Source of the DNA: Thelocarpon superellum
Lineage: Eukaryota
NCBI GenBank assembly: GCA_026025795.1
Contig: JAPEUG010000069.1
Span: 1-57,583 of the forward strand
Length of the DNA: 57,583 nt
Reading direction: 5' to 3'
Shown: positions 1 through 10,545 of the stretch, one piece after another
Position numbering within the stretch: position 1 is the stretch's first letter
Layout of the letters: each line of letters opens with the position of its first letter
Program-made: the position numbers and the translations under genes
The notes under the pieces: model-generated
Told to the model about the DNA's origin: nothing
The model's input: only the letters and a program-made list of their open reading frames with translations
The model's database searches: none

Positions 1-1145
1 CGAGCGACGACGGACCGCGCCACACGCCGTAGGCTTACTGATCCTTTACCTACTTCGTTTATTGTCTCGCAAATCGTCCACCCTGGTCGTCGCTGAGTCT
101 CAAATCGCTCGTCCAATCCGCAGTGCCCATCTCCGCCACCTTTGCGATCACCCTGGACATATATTGGACAAATATTCAGTCGACGCGTTTAGGATTGATG
201 GTCGACCCCCATCGACTGGATTGATCGTGGCGTGCATGTTGGCCATTGCAGGTATCGTCCACCAGAAAAGCTGAGGAGAACGTCCCTCATGCAGGAGGAG
301 CGTCGAGTTGGTGCTGTGCCTCTTGTCTTACCCGCCACCAGCCCAACCAAGCCCTCGCATGACACAGCGCCACACAGCACGATCGGCAGGGCCCAGCCTA
401 GTGCAGGCGACCGATCGATCCATCGATCAGATTTCACGATCTCGACGATTGGCGAGGAGTAGTGCGTACATCGTACAGATACTATCTGTAATACCATGAT
501 CGTTTGAGAAAAGGCCGCCGCCTCATGACGTCTACCGGAGCCTCTGACTACTTATGACTAGTAGTCATACTATGACTTACTAGTAGTAGGTTACTGAAAA
601 GTTTACTGGTACTACTTAGTCTTACCGTACGCGTACTGGCGGCTCCTCTCGCTTGGTAAGAACCCACAGAGCACTCGTACAGTACGCTTCTGTTAGGCGT
701 GCCCCAGGCTGCACCTCGAAGAAGACGAAACAACCGGTACCTAGCACCTAAAAGTTGCTTCGAGTGACGAAACGGCGTCAGGTGGAAGCCTACCGTAACT
801 CCGCAGGGGGATCAGTCGGGCTGAGTAGTGACTCAGCCCGTCTCGGGGATGCAACTGCAGAGAACGTGGATCTGGCGCAACCTGCCAGCCTAGGCATTCT
901 CGTCGGAGTGTGTACAACCAGGCTTGTGCCCCTCTCAAAACTTCTCTTCCGTTCCCCTATCGAACGGTCTTTCTTTCTCCGTTCTCCTGCTTGCTCCGCA
1001 TGCATAGGTCCAATGAAAGACCTGAAGCGATGCATGGCTGCCTGCGATGCAATGGTCACGAGAGAAAAGGCTGCGCTTGCAGGTGCTCGGTTGAGATTGC
1101 GGGATGAGGATGATCATCATGACTCTGGTACGAATACACCGCGGA

Positions 1146-4100
1146 TCAGGGTGCGCCCGTCCCCGCATTGCTCAACAGCCGGTTTCGTCGGCGAATCTCC
1201 GTCCATCGCGAGAGACTGCCCAGCTCCAGCAGACTCATGCGCCGCATGCGACCGCTCGGATTGCCAATGATGACCGGCGTCCAATCCTCCTCCGGCAAGA
1301 CGACGTCGCTGGCCACCGGACGAGGAACCGGCACCACCTCGACCTCCCGATGTCGCCACAACACCAGCACCAGCAGGATCGTCAGCACCAGCAAGATCGC
1401 TGCCATCACGCCCGTCGCCACCTCCGTGCCCAGCCGTCGTTCCACCGTGCCACCGACCCCCGTCGCCGCGGCCGCGATCAGGAAGCCCCACGTCTCGGTG
1501 ATGGCCAGGCCGGCGCTGACGCGCGGGAAGCACGAGAAGTTGGTCCGTCGTGGATCGCGCACCGTCGACTCCGGCACGCTGCGCCGGCCCGTCATGCCCG
1601 GCTGCAGGTCGCACGTGTCGTAGGTCTCCATGATCAAGCCACATCCCTCGGCGATGGCCAGGCTCGAGAGGAATCCGATCAGCCCGGCGAAGAAGGTCGG
1701 CCACATAAAGGGCGTCGGCGGTCCGCCCGAGGAGAGGGTGTAGGCGAGGTCGGCAAACGGGAGCGCGATCATGAACACCGCCCGCCGCACCAGATGCGAA
1801 CTCCACGTCACCCGCTTCTGGAACGTCATGCTGTCCGTCCGCGGGGCGTTCTTGCGCGCCCGGCTGAAGAGGGAGGCTTTTTGAAAGGGCACCGCCGCCA
1901 GCGCCCCGATCGGGATCGCCGCCACGCAGAGGCCCACGTACGTAGACCGGAATTGGTAGTACCGCGATGTTAGCGCGCCCAGCAGCTGTCACCGCGTCAG
2001 CCCCCGTCCCATGCCAGTCGGAGGCTGGAGACGTACGATCATGACCATGACAATCTGGGCATACACCCAGCCCACGTAGAACGACAACACGGCAAATCCC
2101 GGCTGGCCGAGCATGCGGCCGCTGAGCACGAGGCCGGCCAGCACTTCTTCCCACCACCACTTGGGGCCGGTGGAGTAGACATGCATCTTGACCTCGCCGC
2201 GGGCCACGCGCCGCGCCACCTCGCTGCCCCGTCGCACCTCCGTCGTCGACCGCCGGTACGACGATCGACGCGTCTCCGGCATGATGACGTTGAGCAGCAG
2301 CACGGCCGTCGTCAGCATCACCGAGATCCAAAAGCCCCACGACGGATTCAGCGAGCTGATGACGAGCGCACCGAAGAAGAAGCCGACCCCGAGCGAGCCG
2401 ATGAAACACCAGGACCAGATGCCCAGCCAGATCCCCATGCCGCCACCATGCCGCCGATAGTCATGTTCCGGCACCACCTCCTGATGTGGGTTGCCGCTCT
2501 GCAGCGACGAGCCAAACAGGTCCAGCAGGATGCCCTTCAGGTTCATGTTGGCGAGCCCCAAGGCCAGGCCAGAGGCAAACCGAGACAACAAGAGCGCGAC
2601 CAGATATCCCACCTGGGACGGCAAACGTTCCGACATCACCACGATAGCTTGGGGCAATTGCAGCGGCAGGAATACGGAAAAGGCCACCAGCGTGTATGGC
2701 TTCCGCCCATGGAGGAGCGGAAGCGTCCAAAGGGAGATGGTGGGCACGGCGAGGCCAATGTACAAGAGGACGTTGCCCAGGATGACTCGATGGTGCTCAT
2801 CGACCACCTGATATTGAATGGCTGGCACCTCGCCCGCATATATGCCGATGATCAACCCAATCAGCGCCGTGTTGACACACGCCACCGCGGCCGCGCATCG
2901 CTTCCGCGCTGGATCCCAGTCGCGCGCGATCGGCTTTCGGCGGTGCGTGTGGCTCAGTCGGAAGCGCCGCGATTCCCGAATGTCCACGTGGTGTCGGTCG
3001 CGGAGACTGAAGGCGCGAAAAGGACTCAGACGCCCGCGTCGGCTGGCTGATTGTGCTTGGGGATCCACGCTGGCGGGCAGCACCGACAGCTCGATGTGGG
3101 ACGAGGGTGGAGGAGACTCGTGCTCCGGCGGACTCGCCAGGCCCATCGGTGGCGTCGCGCCCGCGCGGGCCGTCATATAGTCTGCACGCGGCCAGGTCTC
3201 GGCATGCGTGACCACTTCCTCGGACGATTGAGCGGCGGCCGGCGTTCGCGTCGGCCGCGTGGGCCGGCTGGATGCCGGCTGAGCAACGGCGTCAATCGAT
3301 TGGGTCGCGACATGGGCCAGAAGATCCTTGTCGTTCGGCTCCGAGGGTGCGTGTGATGGCAAGGGCCAGGATCCGCTCGGTCCTTCGCCCGCCTGCGAGT
3401 CCGACGTCCAGGGCACGCCACCTGCATCCATCCGGAGCGAGGCCGTCGAGTCTGCGCGCGAACCCCGTCGTGAAGAGACTCCACTGCGTGCCAGCGAAGT
3501 AACCCTCTTGGTCGGCAGGGCGACGATGAAAGTATCCCCAGATCGATCCGGAGACTTGCCCTTATCCTGGGAGGGTAAGGTGTCGCGCCCGGCGTCTTCC
3601 ACCGACCCGGGCGCCTCGGTGGACGCCCCGGCCGACGCCGACGCATTCCCATCCGTGGAGCTGAATAAACGGCCCAGGAAGCGACCCTTCTGCGTCGACG
3701 CCGTATCCTCCATCGGTGCCGCCGCATCGTCGCTGACCGGAGACGGCCGGGGTCCATGCGACGGAGAATCCGACATGGGACTCTGGTGAAGAACATGACC
3801 GATCCACTTCTCGATCTGGCCCCGTGTCGATATTTCCGACGGCTGCCTTTCTTCGGCTGTCCGGGCCGGAGTGATCGGCGGGGACGGTGCATTCTCGACG
3901 GCGTCCGGTTGTACGCTCGAGTCGCGCTGCGAGATGGTGGGCTCGTAGCAAGAGCTGGCGCATGAGTTGGACGCCACCACTCCCATCGTGTGGGGCGGCG
4001 GATGCTCCCCTATTCCCTGGTCACCGGTCATATTGTTGTCGTCCACCACGGGGTCCGCGATGGCCGTAGTCGGAAGAAGGCTGGGTGAGTCAATCACACC

Positions 4101-4715
4101 CGGAATGTCCGGTCTACCCTCATCGTGAGCCAAGGATGATTCGGAGACGTAGGTCCCTGAGGCATTTGAGATAGCAGGAGTCGATCCCGCTCTCGCGCGG
4201 TCGCTGGGTGTAGCTGCCGTACGTGAGGTAGGCAGTAAACCCGGAAAGCGTGCCCATGGCCGTGGACTTGGAAAGCCCAGGTGAGTGAAGGAATAGGTTG
4301 TGGCTTTGCGAGGCAATCTTGGGAACTGGGCTTCGGCCGTGTCACCCTCGACGCGTCTGGAGGCATCCAGGTCCGTGGCCTCTTCCCCGCCATCGACCGA
4401 ATCCGCCGGTCCGTCGACCTCCTGACCGGTGTTCGCCGGACTCTCTGGTCCACAGACCGCGGCGGCCTGACGCGGTCCGTGACCGACGACGTCGCGTGGG
4501 CGTGCGTTGCTTGGACCGCTCTCCACCGTCACGTCTCCCCCGTGCTGTGATGGGCTGGGCGATGGTGCATCACTGCGCAAGGCGAGCGTGCAGCAGATCC
4601 GAGCAAAGACGTCTTGCTCCAACTGCCGGAGGGAGAGGGCATCGGAGGTCCGACTGGAGCCGCGGCGGTGATGCACCTGCGGCTGCAACACGTCATCGGG
4701 GCGCAAGACCTCCAT
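1146..4715 (-). CDS. MFS transporter (DHA1/polyamine-transporter-like) with a long disordered N-terminus; intron 1986-2036
   Basis: ORFs 1989-4745 and 1146-1937 join in frame through a GTACGT...GCTGAC...CAG intron (VMI|LLGALTSRYY). Multiple TM segments (ACVNTALIGLIIGIYAGEVPAIQY, LPLLHGRKPY, GGGMGIWLGIWSWCF). First ATG at 4715 is assumed to be the start. Confidence 0.85.
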
Positions 4716-5097
4716 TCGGGGCAGATATCGTAGGAAGAGAAGCAACGACCGTGGCGAGGATGTTAGGAATAGGAGAAACCATGAACGAATGTCATCGGTG
4801 AAGGCAGAGGAGGGATAACGATGATACGTGACAGGGTGTCATAAGGATACAGAGCAGCAAGGAGCGTCGAGGGGCGAAAGTGACCGATACATTCGTGGGA
4901 TGGGACCAATGTATCCGTGGCCGCGAGCGTGACGCCCTCATAAGAGATGGCCGGGCAGGAGCGATGTCAATCCGAACCGCCGTCCACATCGACCCAGACA
5001 AAGGACGCGATTCATCTCCTACCTTTCACCTCTCCCCTCTGACCTCTCACGATTGGGCATCTAATCCCAACAACCGCACATGCCGACGTGGCACAGG

Positions 5098-6064
5098 ATG
5101 GCCGGTCTCCTCAAGAAGCCTGTCAAGGTTGCTTTGGTTCAGCTCGCCACCGGTCAGATGTGCTCTTGCGGAGTCGATGCGAGGACGATGGAGCAACCCC
5201 GCTGACCCTTGCCGTGCCGCCGTCGTAGGCCCGGATAAATCACAGAACCTCGCGCGGGCACGGCAAAAGGTGCTGGAGGCATCCGGTGCGGGCGCCTCCA
5301 TCGTCGTGCTCCCGGAATGTTTCAATTCGCCCTACGGCACGAAATACTTCCCGCAGTACGCCGAGACGCTGCTCCCCTCCCCGCCCACGGCCACCCAGTC
5401 CCCCTCCTTCCACGCCCTCTCCGCCCTGGCACGCGAGAGCCAGACCTACCTCATCGGCGGGAGCATCCCCGAGTATGATCCGGCGACGAAGAAACTGCAC
5501 AATACCTCCCTCACCTTCTCCAGCGCGGGTGAGCTGCTGGCCACGCACCGCAAGGTGCATCTCTTCGACATCGACATCCCCGGCAAGATCTCCTTCCATG
5601 AGAGCGAGGTGCTGTCGCCGGGAAACAAGGTGACCATCGTGGACCTACCGCCCTACGGCCGCGTTGCCATTGCCATCTGCTATGACGTGCGCTTCCCGGA
5701 GCTGGCCACGATCGCCGCCCGACGAGGCTGTTTCCTGCTCGTCTACCCCGGCGCCTTCAACCTGACCACGGGCGCCCTACACTGGAGCCTGCAGGCCCGT
5801 GCCCGCGCCATGGACAATCAAGTCTACGTGGCCCTGTGCAGTCCGGCGCGGTCGCTGGAGGCGGACTATCACGCCTGGGGCCACAGCATGGTGGTGGATC
5901 CCAACGCGCAGATCGTGGCCGAGGCGGCCGAGGAGGAGTCCATCGTATATGCCGACTTGAGCGAGACGGCCATCGAGGAGACCCGGAAGGGCATCCCGCT
6001 CTACTCGCAGCGTCGCTTCGATGTCTACCCCGATCTCAACGACGGACAGATCCGGGACCAGTGA
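5098..6064 (+). CDS. NIT3: Carbon-nitrogen hydrolase, omega-amidase of the Nit2/Nit3 type; intron 5153-5228
   Basis: Spliced N-terminus MAGLLKKPVKVALVQLATG|PDKSQNL. Nitrilase triad motifs VLPECFNSPYG, HRKVHLFDIDIPG and ICYDVRFPEL; also ARAMDNQVYV and AWGHSMVVDP. Confidence 0.92.
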
Positions 6065-6621
6065 GTCACGACCCTTGAGCCATCTCCAGGCAGAATCAGA
6101 TGTCTCGTGCTACCTATCGAGATCACTTTTCACCACATCGCCATCGGGACCGTATCAAGTAGAGATTCGCGTATCGAGGCAGTTCTAAGATCCATGCCTC
6201 TCCGCGTCGGTCGCCGCCAGTCCATGTGTGCCGCGGCCTCCGCGTGGGAGGGGCCCACCCGTCACGCCGCCCGCATGCTCGGTCGACCGGACCTAGAGAG
6301 CCAGAGCAACAGATGATGACCAGGTACAAATCGCACGCAATCAGAGTGTGCCGAGGATACTATCGCCCCGTGCCGTAGAGAAGTGCGCCGCCCGGCCCCG
6401 TCTATGTTCCGCCCATCTCCGCCGTGCGTTGGCCCACGCTCGTCGTATGCAAAGTCAAGCTGGAAGGAACCCGAATGGAAGAGAATGGGGACACCAGAAG
6501 GAATGGCCGGTGACGCAAAGTCAAAAGAAAGAGAAAACGAAGGTTGGTGTGCCGATGAAGCGGGGCGAGGGCGAGCGGCCATCGCAGGCCCAACGAGACC
6601 GTGATGATGACCGTCGACCGC

Positions 6622-9600
6622 TCACTTTCCAATGCCCACGACGATCATGCTGACCACGATGCCGATCACGGCTCCGACCGCAAGCGCCCACCCGGCGACC
6701 AGTGCCACCTTCTTCTCGCGCCGGCCCAAGCTGGTCACGTCGCCGCTCGTCAGGGAGGAGATCATGACGTCAAGCATGCCATAGCCATACAGGAGCAGGA
6801 GCGGCGGGAAGAGGAGGCACAGCGCGAGGATGGAGCGCGAGAGGATCCGTTTGCGATGGTACGTCGACGCGCGGGTCGACGATCCTTCTCGCGTCTGACG
6901 GTACAGGTGGTAGTCGAAGCCGAGGTAGGCCTCCGAGTCGCGTGGCGTCGGCAGGCGCGGCGTCGGATTGATGCAGAAGGGCTCGTACGACGGGAATTCG
7001 GTGAGACGCTTGGCCGCGGCCGGGGATGGATTCAGCAGGCTGCTGCGCAGGCTCAAGAACGAGAGAGGTCGGCCTCCACGGCGCGATGGCGGACGGGCAG
7101 GCGACGGCGTGAAGGCGCGAGGCAAGAGTCCTTCGGCCGCGAGGAGGTCACGATGTGCCCGGATCTGCTCGTACAACACTCCGGGCTGCTGCTTAGCGGG
7201 CGCCGCCGCTTCGTCGAGCTCGAGGTGTGCCGCGGGCGGCTGCGCCGGGGCCGCCTCGATCCGATCCAGAGTGGGGGTGGTGTCGTGGCCCGGGCTGCTG
7301 CTGCTCCACATGATCCCGGGACTGCTAGCGTCTGCCAGGCTGCTGCCCACCTGGCGCATCCCCGTGCCCTCGGGCGTACCGGTGATGTTGGCCTTGGGCC
7401 CCAGCAGCGTGACCTTGGCGAAGCTCCCGTTGGCCCCCGGCACGGCCGAGGAATCGGGCAGGTTACGGACCGACTCGCTGAAGGCGTCCATCCAGATCGA
7501 TGACGGGGACGATCCCGCCGCCCGGTAGGTGTTGGGATGATCGTTGGAGCCGTTGCGTAGGCGGAAGGCGCGTTCGTCGGCCGCCGCTCGCAGGGCGTCG
7601 TCAGAGCTCGAGCCGAATGGCCGGTACAGCTCGATCAACGACGACTCGGTCGCGCCCGCAGGACGACTTAGCCGGCTCGGCAGGCGGGAGGTCGGGTCAT
7701 AAGGGGGTGTGGAGGGGCGCAGCAGCGTCTGGGTCGATCCCATGACGACCGGGGGCGATGACTTGAACGGATGCACATGGTCCTGCGAGAGCGGGCTGGG
7801 GTGCCGGTAGAGCTTGTTCGATAGATGATGGGCCGGTGCAGGTTTGGTCAGGGTGTTGTAGTGCGGTAACAGCACTGGCGTGCCGTCGGGCATCGTCTCC
7901 TGCACCCGGTACACGTGCTCGTACTCGTTGTCCGCCGGGTGATGGGGGAAGAGTTGGCTGTCGCGCAAGAAACCCAATTCTCGCCCCTCCGGACCCAGGC
8001 TGGCATAGCTAGAGTAATTGGCCAGACTGCTCCCCGTCGTCCCGTGCGTCATTTCCATCCGCGTTCCGGCTCGACTGAGTCGGCCCTCGTCGATGGTCTC
8101 CCAATCCCCATCCTCGTCCTCGTGATGCGTCTCCGGCAGGGTGATGCTATGATCGGATCCCGATCCCGATCCCGATCCCGATCCCGACCTCGACCCTCTC
8201 GTTGACGGGAGTGAGGCCGCGAAGCTGCCCTTGTCAGTGATGGGTCGCCGCAGCGTCGCGGGTCGCGCTGGCGGCACTCCCGATTCTTCGTCGACGAAGC
8301 CTGACTCTGACGGACCATGGCCGCTGTCATCCGACACCATGCTTTCCAAGTGGCCGGACGAGTCACGGCTCGACGAGTGGTGGTCAGCACCGTGATCGGC
8401 GTTATTGGCGTTCTCGTTGTAGACGATGAGGCTGCTTCGCTGATGGAGGGCGGAGTTGAGTCCGGCAAAGCGGCGTAATTCCGAGTCGATCTCGGCATCA
8501 AGATGCCTCGTGGCCGCCACGCTCGCGGCATTGGTCAGGTTTCGAGTAATCCGCTCGACTTGGTGGCGCGGCGTGACGGTACGCGTGACCCGCGTCGGGA
8601 TTCCGTTGGAGCTTTGGCTAGAGTGGCCTCGCTGCAACTCGGGGCGACCCTTGAGGTACTGTGGAAAGGTGTTGGCCGGTGAGGGCCGGGGGACGTTGGT
8701 CGACCGCTCCCCTAACGGCGAGGCCTGGGGAAGACGTGGCAAGTCGCCCGTGGACGCCTCCGTATCCGAGTCCGTGGTCTTCGGTTCCGCAATCGTCGAC
8801 TGCGACGGAAGGTCGAGCAGGACACGCGTGTCGCCATACGACGAATGATGGGACAAGCCTTCGACCGAGGTCGAGTTGTGCCGGCTGAAGAGCACGGCGG
8901 GCCGGGGCGAGGACGAGGGCGGAGGGGGCGGCAGCGGTGAAGTGGGAGGTTGCCCTGACGGCGATGAGGGTGGGGCATGGCCACGCACAAGCGACGTCCG
9001 AGGACTGATGTTCATGGTCTCGCGCAGGCCGGGGCGGCGGAGGTCATGAGGCACAAGACCAAAGTCAAAGGTGCCTAGGCCCGTCTCGCCATCATGCACC
9101 GCTCCCGTGCGACTGTCTTCGCGCACACGGTGTTGTCCGTCAAAGCGTTTGGCGATATCTGCGTGGCTCGTGCTGAAGATGGCGCTGCTCTTGGGTGCCG
9201 GTGGACAGGAGGCGGTGTTCTCGTCATCATCAAAGTCGTCGTCCATGGGAGCGTCCACGAGGGCCACGCGAAATGGAGGCGTATCGTGGAGCTTTCCGGC
9301 GGGCCAGACGCTCGACGGAGTCTCATCCATGTCCTGTCGATGAGCTGTGGTCGCCATGAAGACGGCGCGCGTGGCCGTTTCTACGGACACGTCTGTCTCC
9401 TCTGCGTCGGTCGATGGAGCGCCAAAGAAGGCGTCGGCCAGCTCGGCCGGGGGTTGCAAGGGGAACGTCGGTGCTTCGGCCCGGTCTTCTGGGCTCTCGG
9501 CGGCGTCGAGCCACGAGCGGCCCGGGCCTGTGACAGCCGAGGCAGGGGATGACGGCAAATGCATCTTGTAGGGCTCGATGGTCTCGAGTGACTTTAGACG

Positions 9601-10545
9601 ACGCAGGCCCTGGGAACGGGTGGTGATGGAGGAGTGGGCGGTTGGGAGGTCGTGGAAGATGGCGCGTTGCGGTGTGCCCGGTCGGCTCCCCTCCGTGCTG
9701 GCGGACCCTGCCTCCTGCTGCAGACGAGGGAGCGGCGCGACGGGGGTGGCGATGCCCGCGCCTGAACCCAATTCCACGCGGCTGTCGGAGGAACGGCGTA
9801 GTCGGTTCTCATTCATCTGCCGCGGTGGATATTCGACGGACGCCCGCGGACTCACACTGTATACGGATGCACTAAAGCGATCCGCGGCCCAATCGGACTC
9901 CTTTGCGTGCGGGAAGCTGGCACGAGGAGGCGAGACTGGCGGCCCATGACGTGCTTGAGGGTGCGACAGAGAGGACGGGGCGCGACAAACATCGAGGTCC
10001 GGGGATGAGGACCATGGGGATTCGGCGATGACAAAGTCCGAGGTGGTCCATTGGCGCTGAGCGGGGCGGGAGGTCGCTTGAAAGGGTATTCGATCCATTG
10101 TGGCGGGCGGGGACGTATGCTCGATCGGCCTCGCCCGGGTCGGGGGAGGAAGATCGCTTCGTGTGGCCATGGTGGACGAGGGTCGGCGCGAAGACAGCGC
10201 GGAATTGGGTCGACTCCTTACTCGTCGGCTCGAAGCATCTCGCCGGACGGGCTCTGGCCAGGGCGCGGTGGTCACCGAGGCTCGCGGGAATCGCAGGACG
10301 GGTGTGGTGGCTTGATCTCGGTCGAGGCTCAGGCTCGCACTCGCCGCTTTTCTTTTGAGGCGCTTCAAGGGTCGGCGATCGCTCTTGATCAATGGACCGG
10401 CCGGGGATAGCTCTCCCAGCTCGCTGTCCCACAGTGGCGACGCGGTTGGTGGTAGAAGCGGTTTGCTGGGCGGATTGAGGACGGGAGCCAGCGGCGAGGT
10501 GGAGCTCTCGACCGGTGTTTGTTGACGTGCAGGTGAGACGTCCAT
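6622..10545 (-). CDS. 1307-aa Ser/Pro-rich, largely low-complexity protein with C-terminal hydrophobic segments; function unknown
   Basis: Single 3.9-kb ORF. C-terminal TM-like stretches SILALCLLFPPLLLLYGYG and VALVAGWALAVGAVIGIVVSMIVVG. Ordered-looking block FAKVTLLGPKANITGTPEGTGMRQVGSSLA. Confidence 0.8.
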   Translation of the reverse strand: MDVSPARQQTPVESSTSPLAPVLNPPSKPLLPPTASPLWDSELGELSPAGPLIKSDRRPLKRLKRKAASASLSLDRDQATTPVLRFPRASVTTAPWPEPVRRDASSRRVRSRPNSALSSRRPSSTMATRSDLPPPTRARPIEHTSPPATMDRIPFQATSRPAQRQWTTSDFVIAESPWSSSPDLDVCRAPSSLSHPQARHGPPVSPPRASFPHAKESDWAADRFSASVYSVSPRASVEYPPRQMNENRLRRSSDSRVELGSGAGIATPVAPLPRLQQEAGSASTEGSRPGTPQRAIFHDLPTAHSSITTRSQGLRRLKSLETIEPYKMHLPSSPASAVTGPGRSWLDAAESPEDRAEAPTFPLQPPAELADAFFGAPSTDAEETDVSVETATRAVFMATTAHRQDMDETPSSVWPAGKLHDTPPFRVALVDAPMDDDFDDDENTASCPPAPKSSAIFSTSHADIAKRFDGQHRVREDSRTGAVHDGETGLGTFDFGLVPHDLRRPGLRETMNISPRTSLVRGHAPPSSPSGQPPTSPLPPPPPSSSPRPAVLFSRHNSTSVEGLSHHSSYGDTRVLLDLPSQSTIAEPKTTDSDTEASTGDLPRLPQASPLGERSTNVPRPSPANTFPQYLKGRPELQRGHSSQSSNGIPTRVTRTVTPRHQVERITRNLTNAASVAATRHLDAEIDSELRRFAGLNSALHQRSSLIVYNENANNADHGADHHSSSRDSSGHLESMVSDDSGHGPSESGFVDEESGVPPARPATLRRPITDKGSFAASLPSTRGSRSGSGSGSGSGSDHSITLPETHHEDEDGDWETIDEGRLSRAGTRMEMTHGTTGSSLANYSSYASLGPEGRELGFLRDSQLFPHHPADNEYEHVYRVQETMPDGTPVLLPHYNTLTKPAPAHHLSNKLYRHPSPLSQDHVHPFKSSPPVVMGSTQTLLRPSTPPYDPTSRLPSRLSRPAGATESSLIELYRPFGSSSDDALRAAADERAFRLRNGSNDHPNTYRAAGSSPSSIWMDAFSESVRNLPDSSAVPGANGSFAKVTLLGPKANITGTPEGTGMRQVGSSLADASSPGIMWSSSSPGHDTTPTLDRIEAAPAQPPAAHLELDEAAAPAKQQPGVLYEQIRAHRDLLAAEGLLPRAFTPSPARPPSRRGGRPLSFLSLRSSLLNPSPAAAKRLTEFPSYEPFCINPTPRLPTPRDSEAYLGFDYHLYRQTREGSSTRASTYHRKRILSRSILALCLLFPPLLLLYGYGMLDVMISSLTSGDVTSLGRREKKVALVAGWALAVGAVIGIVVSMIVVGIGK

